Below are positions 10,346 through 21,769 of a stretch of 64,000 bases of DNA, piece after piece. Both the position numbers and the translations under genes were made by a program. The notes under the pieces were generated by a model. It saw only the letters and a program-made list of their open reading frames with translations, ran no database searches and was not told the origin of the DNA. Source of the DNA: Prochlorococcus sp. AG-679-M23 (GTDB taxonomy: Bacteria > Cyanobacteriota > Cyanobacteriia > PCC-6307 > Cyanobiaceae). The stretch is from the NCBI GenBank assembly GCA_003208875.1, contig QCUR01000004.1, positions 131,121-195,120 of the forward strand, in the 5' to 3' direction. Each line of letters starts with the position of its first letter. The stretch's first letter is position 1.

Positions 10346-10438
10346 GCATTTTTAACTAAATACTCTATTAATGTTTTTTCTATCATTGATAAGTTAAACT
10401 TATCACCCTTGCTATTATTGATATGTCAATACTTATCA
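10335..10438. promoter_or_regulatory. Array of TGATAAGT half-sites and palindromes, LysR (CbbR/RbcR)-type operator
   Basis: TGATAAGT-taa-ACTTATCA (10387-10405, contains TAA-N7-TTA), TGATATGT-caat-ACTTATCA (10419-10438), half-site TGATAAGT at 10335-10342. Confidence 0.6.
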
Positions 10439-10495
10439 AAATTAGTTAGTGCATCAAAACATACGGTTGTGTTAATAAAAAATTTACATTAAGTT

Positions 10496-10568
10496 ATGCG
10501 CGTACGAGACAGGCCCTGTCTACACAGGTGTGGAATGTTCAACCTCTCCTGTCTCTGTATCAAGTTTT
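10496..10568 (+). ncRNA. Candidate structured small RNA complementary to the csoS1 5' leader
   Basis: 34 of 65 nt are G/C at 10496-10560; nested stems; 14-nt exact repeat of 10297-10310; TACATT -10-like box at 10485-10490. Confidence 0.5.
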
Positions 10569-10603
10569 AAAGTAAGATAATATTCAGAAATTTTTATATT
10601 ATT

Positions 10604-11191
10604 TTGGATTCTCCTTCTGTTCTTACTATTGCAAGCGGAAATCAGAAGAAGGTATCTGAAATATTAGAGATGTTAGATGTCCTATCTTTAAAAGTAAAAA
10701 AACAACCCGAATATTTAAATGTTGAAGAGACAGGCAAAACCTATTTTGACAACGCTTTTTTAAAAGCAAAAGCAGCTTCTTTAGAGACTAAGACTTGGGC
10801 CTTAGCTGATGACTCAGGGCTTGAGGTTGATTATTTAGATGGGAGACCGGGCATATATTCGGCAAGATATGCCAACAATAATGATGAAAAGCTTATTAAG
10901 TTATTAAGAGAGCTAAGTGATATCCCTTACAGAAGCGCAAAATTCATTAGTTGTATGGTTCTATGTGATCCAAAAGGAAATTTGGTAAAAGATGCAACGG
11001 GTATTTGCTGGGGGGAAATTCTTAAAGAACCAAAATATCCTAACGGAGAATTTGAATCTATTTTTTGGGTTAAAGAGGCTAATTGTGTTTATGGAGAATT
11101 AAGTCATTCTCAATTAATTAAATTAGGCAGTAGAGGAAAAGCCGCAAAAAATATAGCTCCTTTTTTAAAAAAAGAATTTGGAATAGATTAA
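10604..11191 (+). CDS. Non-canonical purine NTP pyrophosphatase (Ham1/RdgB family)
   Basis: ASGNQKK, EETGKTY..NA..KA, ADDSGLEV, PGIYSARY; TTG start. Confidence 0.92.
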   Translation: MDSPSVLTIASGNQKKVSEILEMLDVLSLKVKKQPEYLNVEETGKTYFDNAFLKAKAASLETKTWALADDSGLEVDYLDGRPGIYSARYANNNDEKLIKLLRELSDIPYRSAKFISCMVLCDPKGNLVKDATGICWGEILKEPKYPNGEFESIFWVKEANCVYGELSHSQLIKLGSRGKAAKNIAPFLKKEFGID

Positions 11192-11199
11192 AAATCTAT

Positions 11200-11970
11200 T
11201 TAATAGTTTGATATTTGATCAATTGCTCTTATCGCAGCTGCTGCGGCCTCTTCAACATCTCCCTCTTTCCCTGCGAGAGTAAGCCTTCCAAAGGCTCCAA
11301 CGGCTTTTACATCAATGATGGTTATATTAGCGGATTTTTCAGCTTCATTAGCTGCCTTAAGTACATATCCCGCTGGTTCAGTCTCCAAAATAAACATGCT
11401 CATTCCAGATTGAATCATAGATCCACTTCTATTTTGCCTGTTGATTAAAACTGCATGATCTGGAGTAATTGCACGAATAACTTCTGTCCAACTTGTTGAT
11501 GGCTTGGTTCTTTTCCTCACTTCACTCCCAATAGCATCTAAAACCACATCTCCTGAATGCAAAACTGTACTTTGGTCCTTATGGTAAAGAGCTAAAGAGC
11601 CAAAGGCTCTTTCCACAATCATCTGACCTAGCCTTACATTACTTGCCTTTAAAGCTATATCAGTAACCCTATGAACTGCCATTCCGGGAGAAACTTCCAT
11701 CCATAGGCAAGAATCACCAGGTATTGGTAAAAAACCTCTACTAACAGTTCCCATATATGCAGCTAACTGAGGTTGTAAAGAGTCTAAAAAAACATATGTC
11801 CTTAATTCTATTTGCTCAACTTGACTTGCTTGTCTTGAAACTAATGACTTTTCAGAGTCAGTTGTTATAAAACAGCTAGCTCCATTGGACTGAGATTGAA
11901 CTTCAGATCCAGTAATAAGAGAACTTCCTTTTCTTCGATCTCCTCTATTTAAGCTAGAAGTTGGTTCCAT
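11200..11970 (-). CDS. csoS1D: Tandem-domain carboxysome shell protein (BMC-T)
   Basis: [36 protein letters not shown]. Confidence 0.94.
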   Translation of the reverse strand: MEPTSSLNRGDRRKGSSLITGSEVQSQSNGASCFITTDSEKSLVSRQASQVEQIELRTYVFLDSLQPQLAAYMGTVSRGFLPIPGDSCLWMEVSPGMAVHRVTDIALKASNVRLGQMIVERAFGSLALYHKDQSTVLHSGDVVLDAIGSEVRKRTKPSTSWTEVIRAITPDHAVLINRQNRSGSMIQSGMSMFILETEPAGYVLKAANEAEKSANITIIDVKAVGAFGRLTLAGKEGDVEEAAAAAIRAIDQISNY

Positions 11971-12068
11971 TCAGGAGACTATAACGGATTAGGGTTCTTT
12001 TTTTTCTATTAAATTAACTTGCATGCTTCGTACGAACCGATAACTTCAAATTAAAGATATGAAATTTT

Positions 12069-12437
12069 ATGGTAACTTCTCAAAAAAAAGCACCAGATCC
12101 TTCTGCCTCTGAAAATGAATTAAGTCCTGATCAAACCCTTGGTTTAGTGAGCTTAAGTTTAATGCAAAAGTTATCTCAGAAAGATCCTTCATTTAGTTGG
12201 TTGGGAGAGATAAAACCAGATCAATTAAATCTTAGAAATCTTAGAGATAGACTAGAGTTAACCGAATTAGCTATTAAGACAGGAGCACCTCTAACAACTT
12301 CCGAAGTTTCAATTTTGATGGGAGCAAAGCCTGGTAAATCTAAGATAGAAAGAGGTGGATTATTAGCCGTAAAAGTTGCCAGAAATGTCTGGAAATTATC
12401 TAAACTTGGCCAAGGAAGTTCATATTACAGAAATTAA
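12069..12437 (+). CDS. Conserved hypothetical protein
   Basis: 122-aa ORF filling the csoS1D-chlN gap. Confidence 0.75.
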   Translation: MVTSQKKAPDPSASENELSPDQTLGLVSLSLMQKLSQKDPSFSWLGEIKPDQLNLRNLRDRLELTELAIKTGAPLTTSEVSILMGAKPGKSKIERGGLLAVKVARNVWKLSKLGQGSSYYRN

Positions 12438-12578
12438 ATTTCAGAGTAAATAAATTAGTTTAATTATTCTTATTAAAGTTTTTAAACTTTCATATAAGTT
12501 TTTTAAATGTATACATTTTGTAAGAGAACTTATCAATTAGTGCTTAAATTCAAAAGTTTATGCAAGCTTGAAGAATAA

Positions 12579-13850
<1,272 letters not shown>

Positions 13851-13853
13851 ATT

Positions 13854-15434
13854 ATGGAATTAACTCTTTGGACATATGAAGGCCCTCCTCATGTAGGTGC
13901 AATGAGAGTTGCATCATCAATGAAAGATATTCATTATGTTCTCCATGCTCCCCAAGGAGATACTTATGCAGATCTTCTTTTCACAATGATTGAGAGAAGA
14001 GGCCAAAGACCACCTGTAACTTATACAACATTTCAGGCTAGAGACTTAGGAGGAGATACAGCAGAACTAGTTAAAAGGAATATTACTGAGGCAGTTGAAA
14101 GATTTAAACCAAAAACTCTTTTAGTAGGTGAAAGTTGTACTGCTGAACTAATACAAGATCAGCCAGGAGCTCTTGCTAAGGGTATGGGTTTTGATATCCC
14201 AATAGTGAACCTTGAACTTCCTGCCTATAGCAAAAAAGAAAACTGGGGTGCTTCAGAAACCTTTTATCAAATAATAAGAACTCTTTTGAAAGATAAGGTG
14301 AACGAAATTGAAAAAATTAATCCTAAAAGATGGATTACTTTAGGTCGAAGACCTAAAGTAAATATATTAGGTCCTACTTTATTAGGTTTTAGATGCAGAG
14401 ATGATGTAATCGAGATTCAACGTATACTTTCAGAGCAAGGTATTGATACTAATGTTGTTGCGCCGCTCGGTTCAAGTCCCGATGATATTACAAGATTAAC
14501 TGATGCTGATATTAATATTTGCCTTTATCACGAGATTGCTGAGACTTCTTGTGAATGGCTTAAGCGTAATTGCGGAATGGAATATACAACTACCATCCCA
14601 ATTGGTATAAAAAATACAATTAATTTTATTAAAGAAGTTCATGAAAAACTTGCTCTCCCATTAACAAATCAAGAGGAATTAGAGCACAAGTCAAAACTTC
14701 CATGGTACTCAAAGTCTGTTGACTCAAATTACTTGACGGGGAAAAGGGTTTTTATTTTTGGTGACGGTACTCATGCTATAGCAGCTGCCAAAATTGCCAA
14801 AGATGAATTAGGTTTTGAGGTGGTAGGATTAGGAACTTACAGCAGAGAAATGGCAAGGCAAGTAAGAGCCGCAGCTAAGGATTTAAATATAGAAGCACTA
14901 ATTACTAATAGCTACCTAGAAGTAGAAGATGCCATGAAAAAAGCATCCCCCGAATTAGTTTTAGGGACCCAAATGGAAAGGCACAGCGCAAAAAGACTTG
15001 GTATCCCATGCTCAGTAATTAGTACTCCAATGCATGTTCAAGATGTTCCTGCAAGATATAGCCCTCAAATGGGATGGGAAGGTGCAAATGTGATTTTTGA
15101 CGACTGGGTTCACCCTCTAATGATGGGTCTTGAAGAACATCTTATTGATATGTTCAAACATGACTTTGAATTTGTTGATGGCCATCAAAGTCATCTTGGT
15201 CATACTGCCACAAAGGATACTGAGAATAAAGAGGATCAGAATGCTAGAAGTAATATAAATATTCAAAAGAAGGGAAATGTTATTTGGACAGACTCTGGAA
15301 GAGCAGAACTTACAAAAGTTCCTTTTTTTGTAAGAGGTAAAGTTAAATCAAATACTGAGAAATATGCTCTTTCAAAAGGCCTTCCTGAAATTAGCGACGA
15401 GACCCTCTATGACGCAAAAGCCTATTTCGGCTAA
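13854..15434 (+). CDS. chlB: DPOR subunit B
   Basis: [20 protein letters not shown]-terminal PFFVRGKV domain. Confidence 0.97.
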   Translation: MELTLWTYEGPPHVGAMRVASSMKDIHYVLHAPQGDTYADLLFTMIERRGQRPPVTYTTFQARDLGGDTAELVKRNITEAVERFKPKTLLVGESCTAELIQDQPGALAKGMGFDIPIVNLELPAYSKKENWGASETFYQIIRTLLKDKVNEIEKINPKRWITLGRRPKVNILGPTLLGFRCRDDVIEIQRILSEQGIDTNVVAPLGSSPDDITRLTDADINICLYHEIAETSCEWLKRNCGMEYTTTIPIGIKNTINFIKEVHEKLALPLTNQEELEHKSKLPWYSKSVDSNYLTGKRVFIFGDGTHAIAAAKIAKDELGFEVVGLGTYSREMARQVRAAAKDLNIEALITNSYLEVEDAMKKASPELVLGTQMERHSAKRLGIPCSVISTPMHVQDVPARYSPQMGWEGANVIFDDWVHPLMMGLEEHLIDMFKHDFEFVDGHQSHLGHTATKDTENKEDQNARSNINIQKKGNVIWTDSGRAELTKVPFFVRGKVKSNTEKYALSKGLPEISDETLYDAKAYFG

Positions 15435-15446
15435 TCCTTATAAATA

Positions 15447-15495
15447 AATTATTATTCTAGCATGAGTATTTTCACCCATAATGCTAATAATAATT
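15447..15495 (+). terminator. Long AT-rich hairpin after chlB
   Basis: AATTATTAT(tc)TAGCAT ... ATGCTAATAATAATT, 15 bp with a 2-nt bulge. Confidence 0.4.
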
Positions 15496-15625
15496 CCGGA
15501 ATATCTAGTTATTAACATATATCTTGTATCTTTAATCTTAATAAATAACTATTTGTTGAGAAATGCATTTCTAGAAGCATATTCCTGCAAGAATGTATTT
15601 ATTAACGTGTTAATTTTAGTTTTAA

Positions 15626-16513
<888 letters not shown>

Positions 16514-16517
16514 CTAC

Positions 16518-17522
16518 CTAAGCTAATCCAACCAATTTTCTAGTTAATTCATAAGTTTGTCTTGAAATATTTTTCTCAATAATTCTCTGAGACAATTTTT
16601 GAGAAAAAGCTTTTCTACCTAACTTTTGGCGATTTCCCCAACTCCAATGAACTGCCGGCTTAGCATATTCTTTAAGCGTAGCTACTTGAGCGACTCTTTC
16701 TCCTGCTAATCTTTGAGATACATATCCTTTTGTGATGAATTTTTGAAAGATTGGGAATAAAAATCTAAAAAGCCAAGGGGTATCCCTAAAGAGTTTTGTA
16801 TCTGCCACACATCCAGGGTAAAGGGAATTAATAATTATTCTTTCTTTAGGATATTTTTTTGATAATTCTTGTACAGTTACCATATTGCACAGTTTGCTAT
16901 CTTTATAGGCTTTCCCGGGTTTAAATTTTTTTCCATTTGCCATGCTAATTGGAGATAAAAATCCATTTTTAAATCCAGATAAATTACCAAGATCAGCTGG
17001 AGCAGGTATAGGAATTCTCCCGCCTAGTTCTGAATAATTTGCCGTAACAGTTCCTAGTACGGTTATTCTTGGTTTAAATTTAATTGTTCTACCATTTAAA
17101 TCAATTTCTTTCTCAGATGACAAAATATTATCAAGAAGAAGATTAATCAAGAGAAAATGACCAAAATGATTAACTGCCATAGAATTTTCAAATCCTTGGG
17201 GAGATCTTTCAGGTTTCCGTAATCTTGGCTTATAAACTGCAGCATTACAAATAATAGAATTTATGGGTTTTTGAAATTTTTTCAATATTTCATAACAACC
17301 ATTTCTTACATCATCCAAATCAGACAAATCAATTTCTATAAAATGAATATTTTTCATTTCGGAATCTGTTAACGATTTCTGAGCTATTTCTACTGCCCTT
17401 TTATTTGAGCGATTTACCGCTATAACCTCCCATCCAAATCTCAACAAAGGTTTTAAGGTATTTAATCCTACTCCTGATGTTGTCCCTGTTATTAGAACTA
17501 AACCTTTAATACTCTTGACCAC
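16518..17522 (-). CDS. por: Light-dependent protochlorophyllide reductase
   Basis: ITGTTSGVG, AYKDSKLCN, LYPGCVA, FQKFITKGYVS. Confidence 0.95.
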   Translation of the reverse strand: MVKSIKGLVLITGTTSGVGLNTLKPLLRFGWEVIAVNRSNKRAVEIAQKSLTDSEMKNIHFIEIDLSDLDDVRNGCYEILKKFQKPINSIICNAAVYKPRLRKPERSPQGFENSMAVNHFGHFLLINLLLDNILSSEKEIDLNGRTIKFKPRITVLGTVTANYSELGGRIPIPAPADLGNLSGFKNGFLSPISMANGKKFKPGKAYKDSKLCNMVTVQELSKKYPKERIIINSLYPGCVADTKLFRDTPWLFRFLFPIFQKFITKGYVSQRLAGERVAQVATLKEYAKPAVHWSWGNRQKLGRKAFSQKLSQRIIEKNISRQTYELTRKLVGLA

Positions 17523-17580
17523 TAGCTATAAAAATTAAAATGAAAAATTCGATAATTAAATGACTTTATAGTCACACTTA

Positions 17581-17928
17581 TCAACGCCATATTACTCTGA
17601 TTATGTCTCTGGAAATTATTTGATCTTGATCCTTCATAAATCTTTGCTCGCCTTCAAAAGAGATTAAATCATCAAATCTACGACTTAAACGGTCAAACCT
17701 TGATTTTTCATATAAATAAGAATCTTTAATCTCCCTCAATCTAGTTAATCTAATTTTTGAGCTATATCCAATTTTTACTAAACTAACTATTGCTAAAAGA
17801 GAAAAACAAACTTTTAACCCTAGAAAAACAGAGCTTACAAATTCTTCTTGATCTTTATGGTTTAACTCAATAGCAGACGCTAAAGATCTTTTGTCTGTAG
17901 AAGTCCTTTTACGATAATGTTTAGGCAA
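17581..17928 (-). CDS. Conserved bitopic protein with coiled coil (possibly FtsB/DivIC-like)
   Basis: One hydrophobic segment followed by a charged heptad-like region; exact start uncertain. Confidence 0.6.
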   Translation of the reverse strand: MPKHYRKRTSTDKRSLASAIELNHKDQEEFVSSVFLGLKVCFSLLAIVSLVKIGYSSKIRLTRLREIKDSYLYEKSRFDRLSRRFDDLISFEGEQRFMKDQDQIISRDIIRVIWR

Positions 17929-18015
17929 ATTATTTTTCAGAATTATATAAAAGACTCAAGTATAAAAGTCTTCTTTAATTATTAACATAAAGTTCTTGAT
18001 TATCAAATTAGTTTT

Positions 18016-18120
18016 TTATGTTCTAGCTAAACTTATGCCAAGCCTTAAAGCCAATACTCCTGCATGCATTACAACAATAAGTCCAAGTATTATTAAATTG
18101 ATTGATTGAGTTGGCTCCAT
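18016..18120 (-). CDS. psaM: Photosystem I subunit XII
   Basis: Below the ORF-track cutoff; translates as [34 protein letters not shown] with the PsaM-type 'LALRLG' motif. Confidence 0.88.
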   Translation of the reverse strand: MEPTQSINLIILGLIVVMHAGVLALRLGISLART

Positions 18121-18217
18121 AATAAATTCATATTTATTTTCTATATTCTCTACCCAAAAGTGAAAAATTGATAGAATATTACAAAATGCTGTTACGTAAT
18201 TAAATCAAAAAATAATT

Positions 18218-18925
18218 TTGAAATCAGATAATCAAGCTTTAATTATTTCAACAATGAAATTAACTGGAGTTGAACAAATGGCTCTAGATTTGCATTTTTT
18301 AGAAAAAACTATTTCCAAAGTTGAAATTCTTTTTACATTAAGGTTCTATCATTGGGAGGGAAATTGGATTTCTCTTGGTTATCATCAAAAAGTGATTCCG
18401 CCTTATTGGGAAAAGCTATTAGAGGATGGCATTATTAAGGTCGTTAGAAGACCCTCGGGAGGTGGAGCAGTACTTCATTCTGGAGGTATAACATACGCTT
18501 TAACATTTAAAAAACCTTCTTATAAGATCTTTAGTTATGAGCTTGTAAATAATTGGTTAATTAAAAGTTTTAATGAATTAGGTTTAGGTTTAAAAAGAGG
18601 AACCATTAGAAAATCAATAATTAAAGAAAACTGTTTTGGATCATCCTATATATCTGATTTAGTTGATCAATATGGATTTAAACGAATAGGAAGCGCCCAA
18701 TACAGAAAGAAAGGGGCATTTCTTCAGCATGGGGAGATTCAACTTAATCCTCCAAGAGAATTGTGGTTCAGATTATTTGGAGAAGAGCCTCCCAATAAAA
18801 TTAATTTAAATCTTACAAATGACGAAATAATTAAATATTTGATTAATTCATTTTTAGAATCCAAGTCAAATATAAAATTTGAAAAAATCTACTATAAAAA
18901 AGATGAGATTAAAGAATTTTTGTGA
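18218..18925 (+). CDS. Lipoate-protein ligase family (LplA/LipM-like)
   Basis: MALD, VVRRPSGGGAVLH, KRIGSAQ, LQHGEI. Confidence 0.88.
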   Translation: MKSDNQALIISTMKLTGVEQMALDLHFLEKTISKVEILFTLRFYHWEGNWISLGYHQKVIPPYWEKLLEDGIIKVVRRPSGGGAVLHSGGITYALTFKKPSYKIFSYELVNNWLIKSFNELGLGLKRGTIRKSIIKENCFGSSYISDLVDQYGFKRIGSAQYRKKGAFLQHGEIQLNPPRELWFRLFGEEPPNKINLNLTNDEIIKYLINSFLESKSNIKFEKIYYKKDEIKEFL

Positions 18926-18932
18926 CTTGAAT

Positions 18933-20159
18933 TTATTCAATTTCTCCTTTTTTTCTCATTAATTTTATAATCTTGGGTAATTGAATACCCAGTGGATACT
19001 GATCCTTATTATTAAATTTACTGATTAGATTGGAGGGTAAATTTAAACCTAGTTTATTAAACACAAAATAACCAATTTTATTTCTGTCAATGATTCCTAA
19101 TGGTATATCAGCAGAATTGAGTACGAGTATTATACCTTCATTAGATTTCTCTATCTTTTCAATAGCTCTCCATAACTCAGTATTAAAATTGACACCCTCA
19201 AATTTCTTAATAGACTTTTTAAAATCCCCAACAAAAGTACGTTCCCATTTTTTTACTGAAACAGATTTTAAAATTTTTTCCTCAATAAATCCGTCCCATC
19301 TTCCACTATTAGTCAAAAATAAATATTTATCTTGTTTATCTTTTTTACTTTTAACCACATTATTTAACTGTACAAAATTTGAATTGAATTCTATTTTTCT
19401 TAATGGCTTAAATTTAAGTTCAGAAACTTTACTTGATTTTAAAATATTTTCAATTTTAAAAAATTGATTTTCAGACTTTGAAGAATTAATACCAAATAAT
19501 CCCAAAAAAGTAAGTAATAAACCATAGTAAAAATTGAAACTAAATAAACATATAATTCCTAAAAGAAAAACTAAAATTGATAATATTAAAGTTAATTTAT
19601 TTAAAAAATTTCTTCCTTTATTTTTACTTCCTGAAAAATACCAAATAGTACTCTTTAACAAATTACCTCCATCTAAAGATCCAATAGGAATTAAGTTTAA
19701 AAAGCCTAGAAAAAGATTTAATATTGCTACTCTATTCAATATATTTGTGAATATTTGTTCGTTGGATTCAGTAGGATTACATATGAAAATAAGAATTAAT
19801 GCCGTTGAGAAACATAATAAAGGTCTAACTAGCGAGATTTTTATATTACCCAAAGCTGTTTGACAATCCTTTTCTATTTGCAAAACTGCTCCTAAGAAGT
19901 AAAAGGTAATATTTTTTATTTTTACTCCTTGATTTAACGAAACAAAAGTATGGAAGACCTCATGGAATATGATCGTGCTTAATAAAAAAAAAGAAGTTAA
20001 GAAACCAATTAACCAAGCTTCCTTAATATTATAAATTTCACCAGAAGTTAAATTAACTTGATTAGAAATACTCCATGAAAACAAAAAAAGGATTGCAAAC
20101 CAGTACGGATGTAATTTAAAGGGAATTCCCCTTATTTTAAAAATTTGCAAACTCCTCAA
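18933..20159 (-). CDS. Site-2 protease (M50) family membrane protein with CBS-like C-terminus
   Basis: HEVFH and NLIPIGSLDGG motifs, multiple TM helices; TTG start. Confidence 0.88.
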   Translation of the reverse strand: MRSLQIFKIRGIPFKLHPYWFAILFLFSWSISNQVNLTSGEIYNIKEAWLIGFLTSFFLLSTIIFHEVFHTFVSLNQGVKIKNITFYFLGAVLQIEKDCQTALGNIKISLVRPLLCFSTALILIFICNPTESNEQIFTNILNRVAILNLFLGFLNLIPIGSLDGGNLLKSTIWYFSGSKNKGRNFLNKLTLILSILVFLLGIICLFSFNFYYGLLLTFLGLFGINSSKSENQFFKIENILKSSKVSELKFKPLRKIEFNSNFVQLNNVVKSKKDKQDKYLFLTNSGRWDGFIEEKILKSVSVKKWERTFVGDFKKSIKKFEGVNFNTELWRAIEKIEKSNEGIILVLNSADIPLGIIDRNKIGYFVFNKLGLNLPSNLISKFNNKDQYPLGIQLPKIIKLMRKKGEIE

Positions 20160-20214
20160 AAATAATCTCCGTTATATTTACAAATAATATTAATTCTACC
20201 TATAAGATAAAGAT

Positions 20215-20871
20215 ATGCTTGAGACCAAAACTTTAGTTAAAATTTGCGGAATAACTACCATTGAACAAGCTGTTCAAGTAGCCGAATTAGGAACTAATGC
20301 AATAGGTATCATTTCAGTGGATGAATCTCCAAGATATATTTCTCCAGAAAAGAAAAAAGTAATCTTCAAAACTCTAAAAGATTTATATCCAAATATTGAG
20401 AGGGTTTCAGTTGTAAAAAATAGTCCTATTGATTCAATTATTAAAGGGTTTTTAGGAAAACCAAACGAAACTATAATTCAACTCCATGGAGATGAGGATA
20501 TTGATTATTGTCAAAAACTAAAAAAACGGATTCCAGAGGTTGGCTTATGGAAAGCTTTTAGAATAAAAAATAAAAAAGATATTGAAAAGATTAAACCTTA
20601 TGAAAAATTTATAGATGCAATACTTTTAGATTCATGGAATAAAGAAACGTATGGAGGTTCTGGGAAAAAAATAAAACAAAAATATTTAGAAGATTTAAGT
20701 TTCAGCAAACCTTGGTGGATTGCAGGAGGCGTTTCCACAGAGTGGATAGGTGAGACTATAAAAAATATAAAGCCAAATGGTGTTGATATTTCGAGTAGTG
20801 TGGAAATCTCCCCAGGAATAAAAGATATTCATAAAGTTGATTTAATTATTAAAGAAGTAAAAAAATACTAA
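20215..20871 (+). CDS. trpF: Phosphoribosylanthranilate isomerase
   Basis: VKICGIT, QLHGDE, GGSG, IAGG, GVDISSSVE. Confidence 0.95.
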   Translation: MLETKTLVKICGITTIEQAVQVAELGTNAIGIISVDESPRYISPEKKKVIFKTLKDLYPNIERVSVVKNSPIDSIIKGFLGKPNETIIQLHGDEDIDYCQKLKKRIPEVGLWKAFRIKNKKDIEKIKPYEKFIDAILLDSWNKETYGGSGKKIKQKYLEDLSFSKPWWIAGGVSTEWIGETIKNIKPNGVDISSSVEISPGIKDIHKVDLIIKEVKKY

Positions 20872-20874
20872 TTT

Positions 20875-21615
20875 TTAGTAATTATTTTGAGAAGATTGTT
20901 GTTTTACTAGTTCAAAAAATTCTTGTTTTAGGCTTATATCATGCCTAAAATCTCCCCTTACTACTGAATTTATCATACTAGTATTCGGCTCTTTAACTCC
21001 TCTCCATTTCATACAGTAGTGTTGAGCTTTGACTATTATGCCGAGACCTTTAGGCTCACAAAGTTTTTCTATTTCATCTGCAAGAATCATTACTGCTTCT
21101 TCTTGTATATGTGGTCTAGAGAATACCCAATCTGCAACTCTAGCAAATTTAGAGAGTCCTATAACTTTGCTACCGGGTTTAATTCCTATCCAACATTCTC
21201 CTAAAATTGGAACTAAATGATGGGAGCAAGCAGATCTTACTGTTATTGGTCCGACAGTATAAATTTCATCAAGGTTTTTATCATTTGGAAAACTTGTAAC
21301 CTTTGGTTGTTCATGATATCTACCTTTGAAAACCTCGTTAAGGTACATTTTTGATACTCTTTCTGCTGTCTCCTGAGTATTATGATCATTATCCACATCA
21401 ATAATTAGAGACTTAAGTAAATCTTTAATTCTGGAAGCTACCTCTTTTTCTAGAACTTTTAGCTCACCAGGATTAATGAAGTCAGCGATATTATCATTTG
21501 CACTGAATCTTGTACCTTTGCTTTTGATACGATCTCTTATTATTTCGGAGATTAATTTATTAGTAATCTGTTCGTCAAAATTTTTAATATTATCGTTGGG
21601 TAATGTAGAGGTCAT
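20875..21615 (-). CDS. folE: GTP cyclohydrolase I
   Basis: CSHH, GLSKFAR, IQE, HYCMKWRGV. Confidence 0.96.
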   Translation of the reverse strand: MTSTLPNDNIKNFDEQITNKLISEIIRDRIKSKGTRFSANDNIADFINPGELKVLEKEVASRIKDLLKSLIIDVDNDHNTQETAERVSKMYLNEVFKGRYHEQPKVTSFPNDKNLDEIYTVGPITVRSACSHHLVPILGECWIGIKPGSKVIGLSKFARVADWVFSRPHIQEEAVMILADEIEKLCEPKGLGIIVKAQHYCMKWRGVKEPNTSMINSVVRGDFRHDISLKQEFFELVKQQSSQNNY

Positions 21616-21769
21616 AAAATTCTAAACAGGAAATAGTATGCAAACTAGATTAACTGTATCTTTCTTTAGCTTATTTGCTTATACACTATATCACATTCTT
21701 ATGTTTAATCGGGTCTGTCAATACCTAAAAAAAATCACTTTATCGTTATTGCAAATTAATAAACTAGGG

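Noticed and set aside
10298..10492. 64-aa + strand ORF in the csoS1 upstream region
   Set aside because: It overlaps the promoter and operator array and has no recognisable protein features.
10297..10542. The 14-bp direct repeat as att sites or a mini-CRISPR
   Set aside because: Only two copies 232 bp apart, enclosing promoter DNA; no cas or adjacent integrase.
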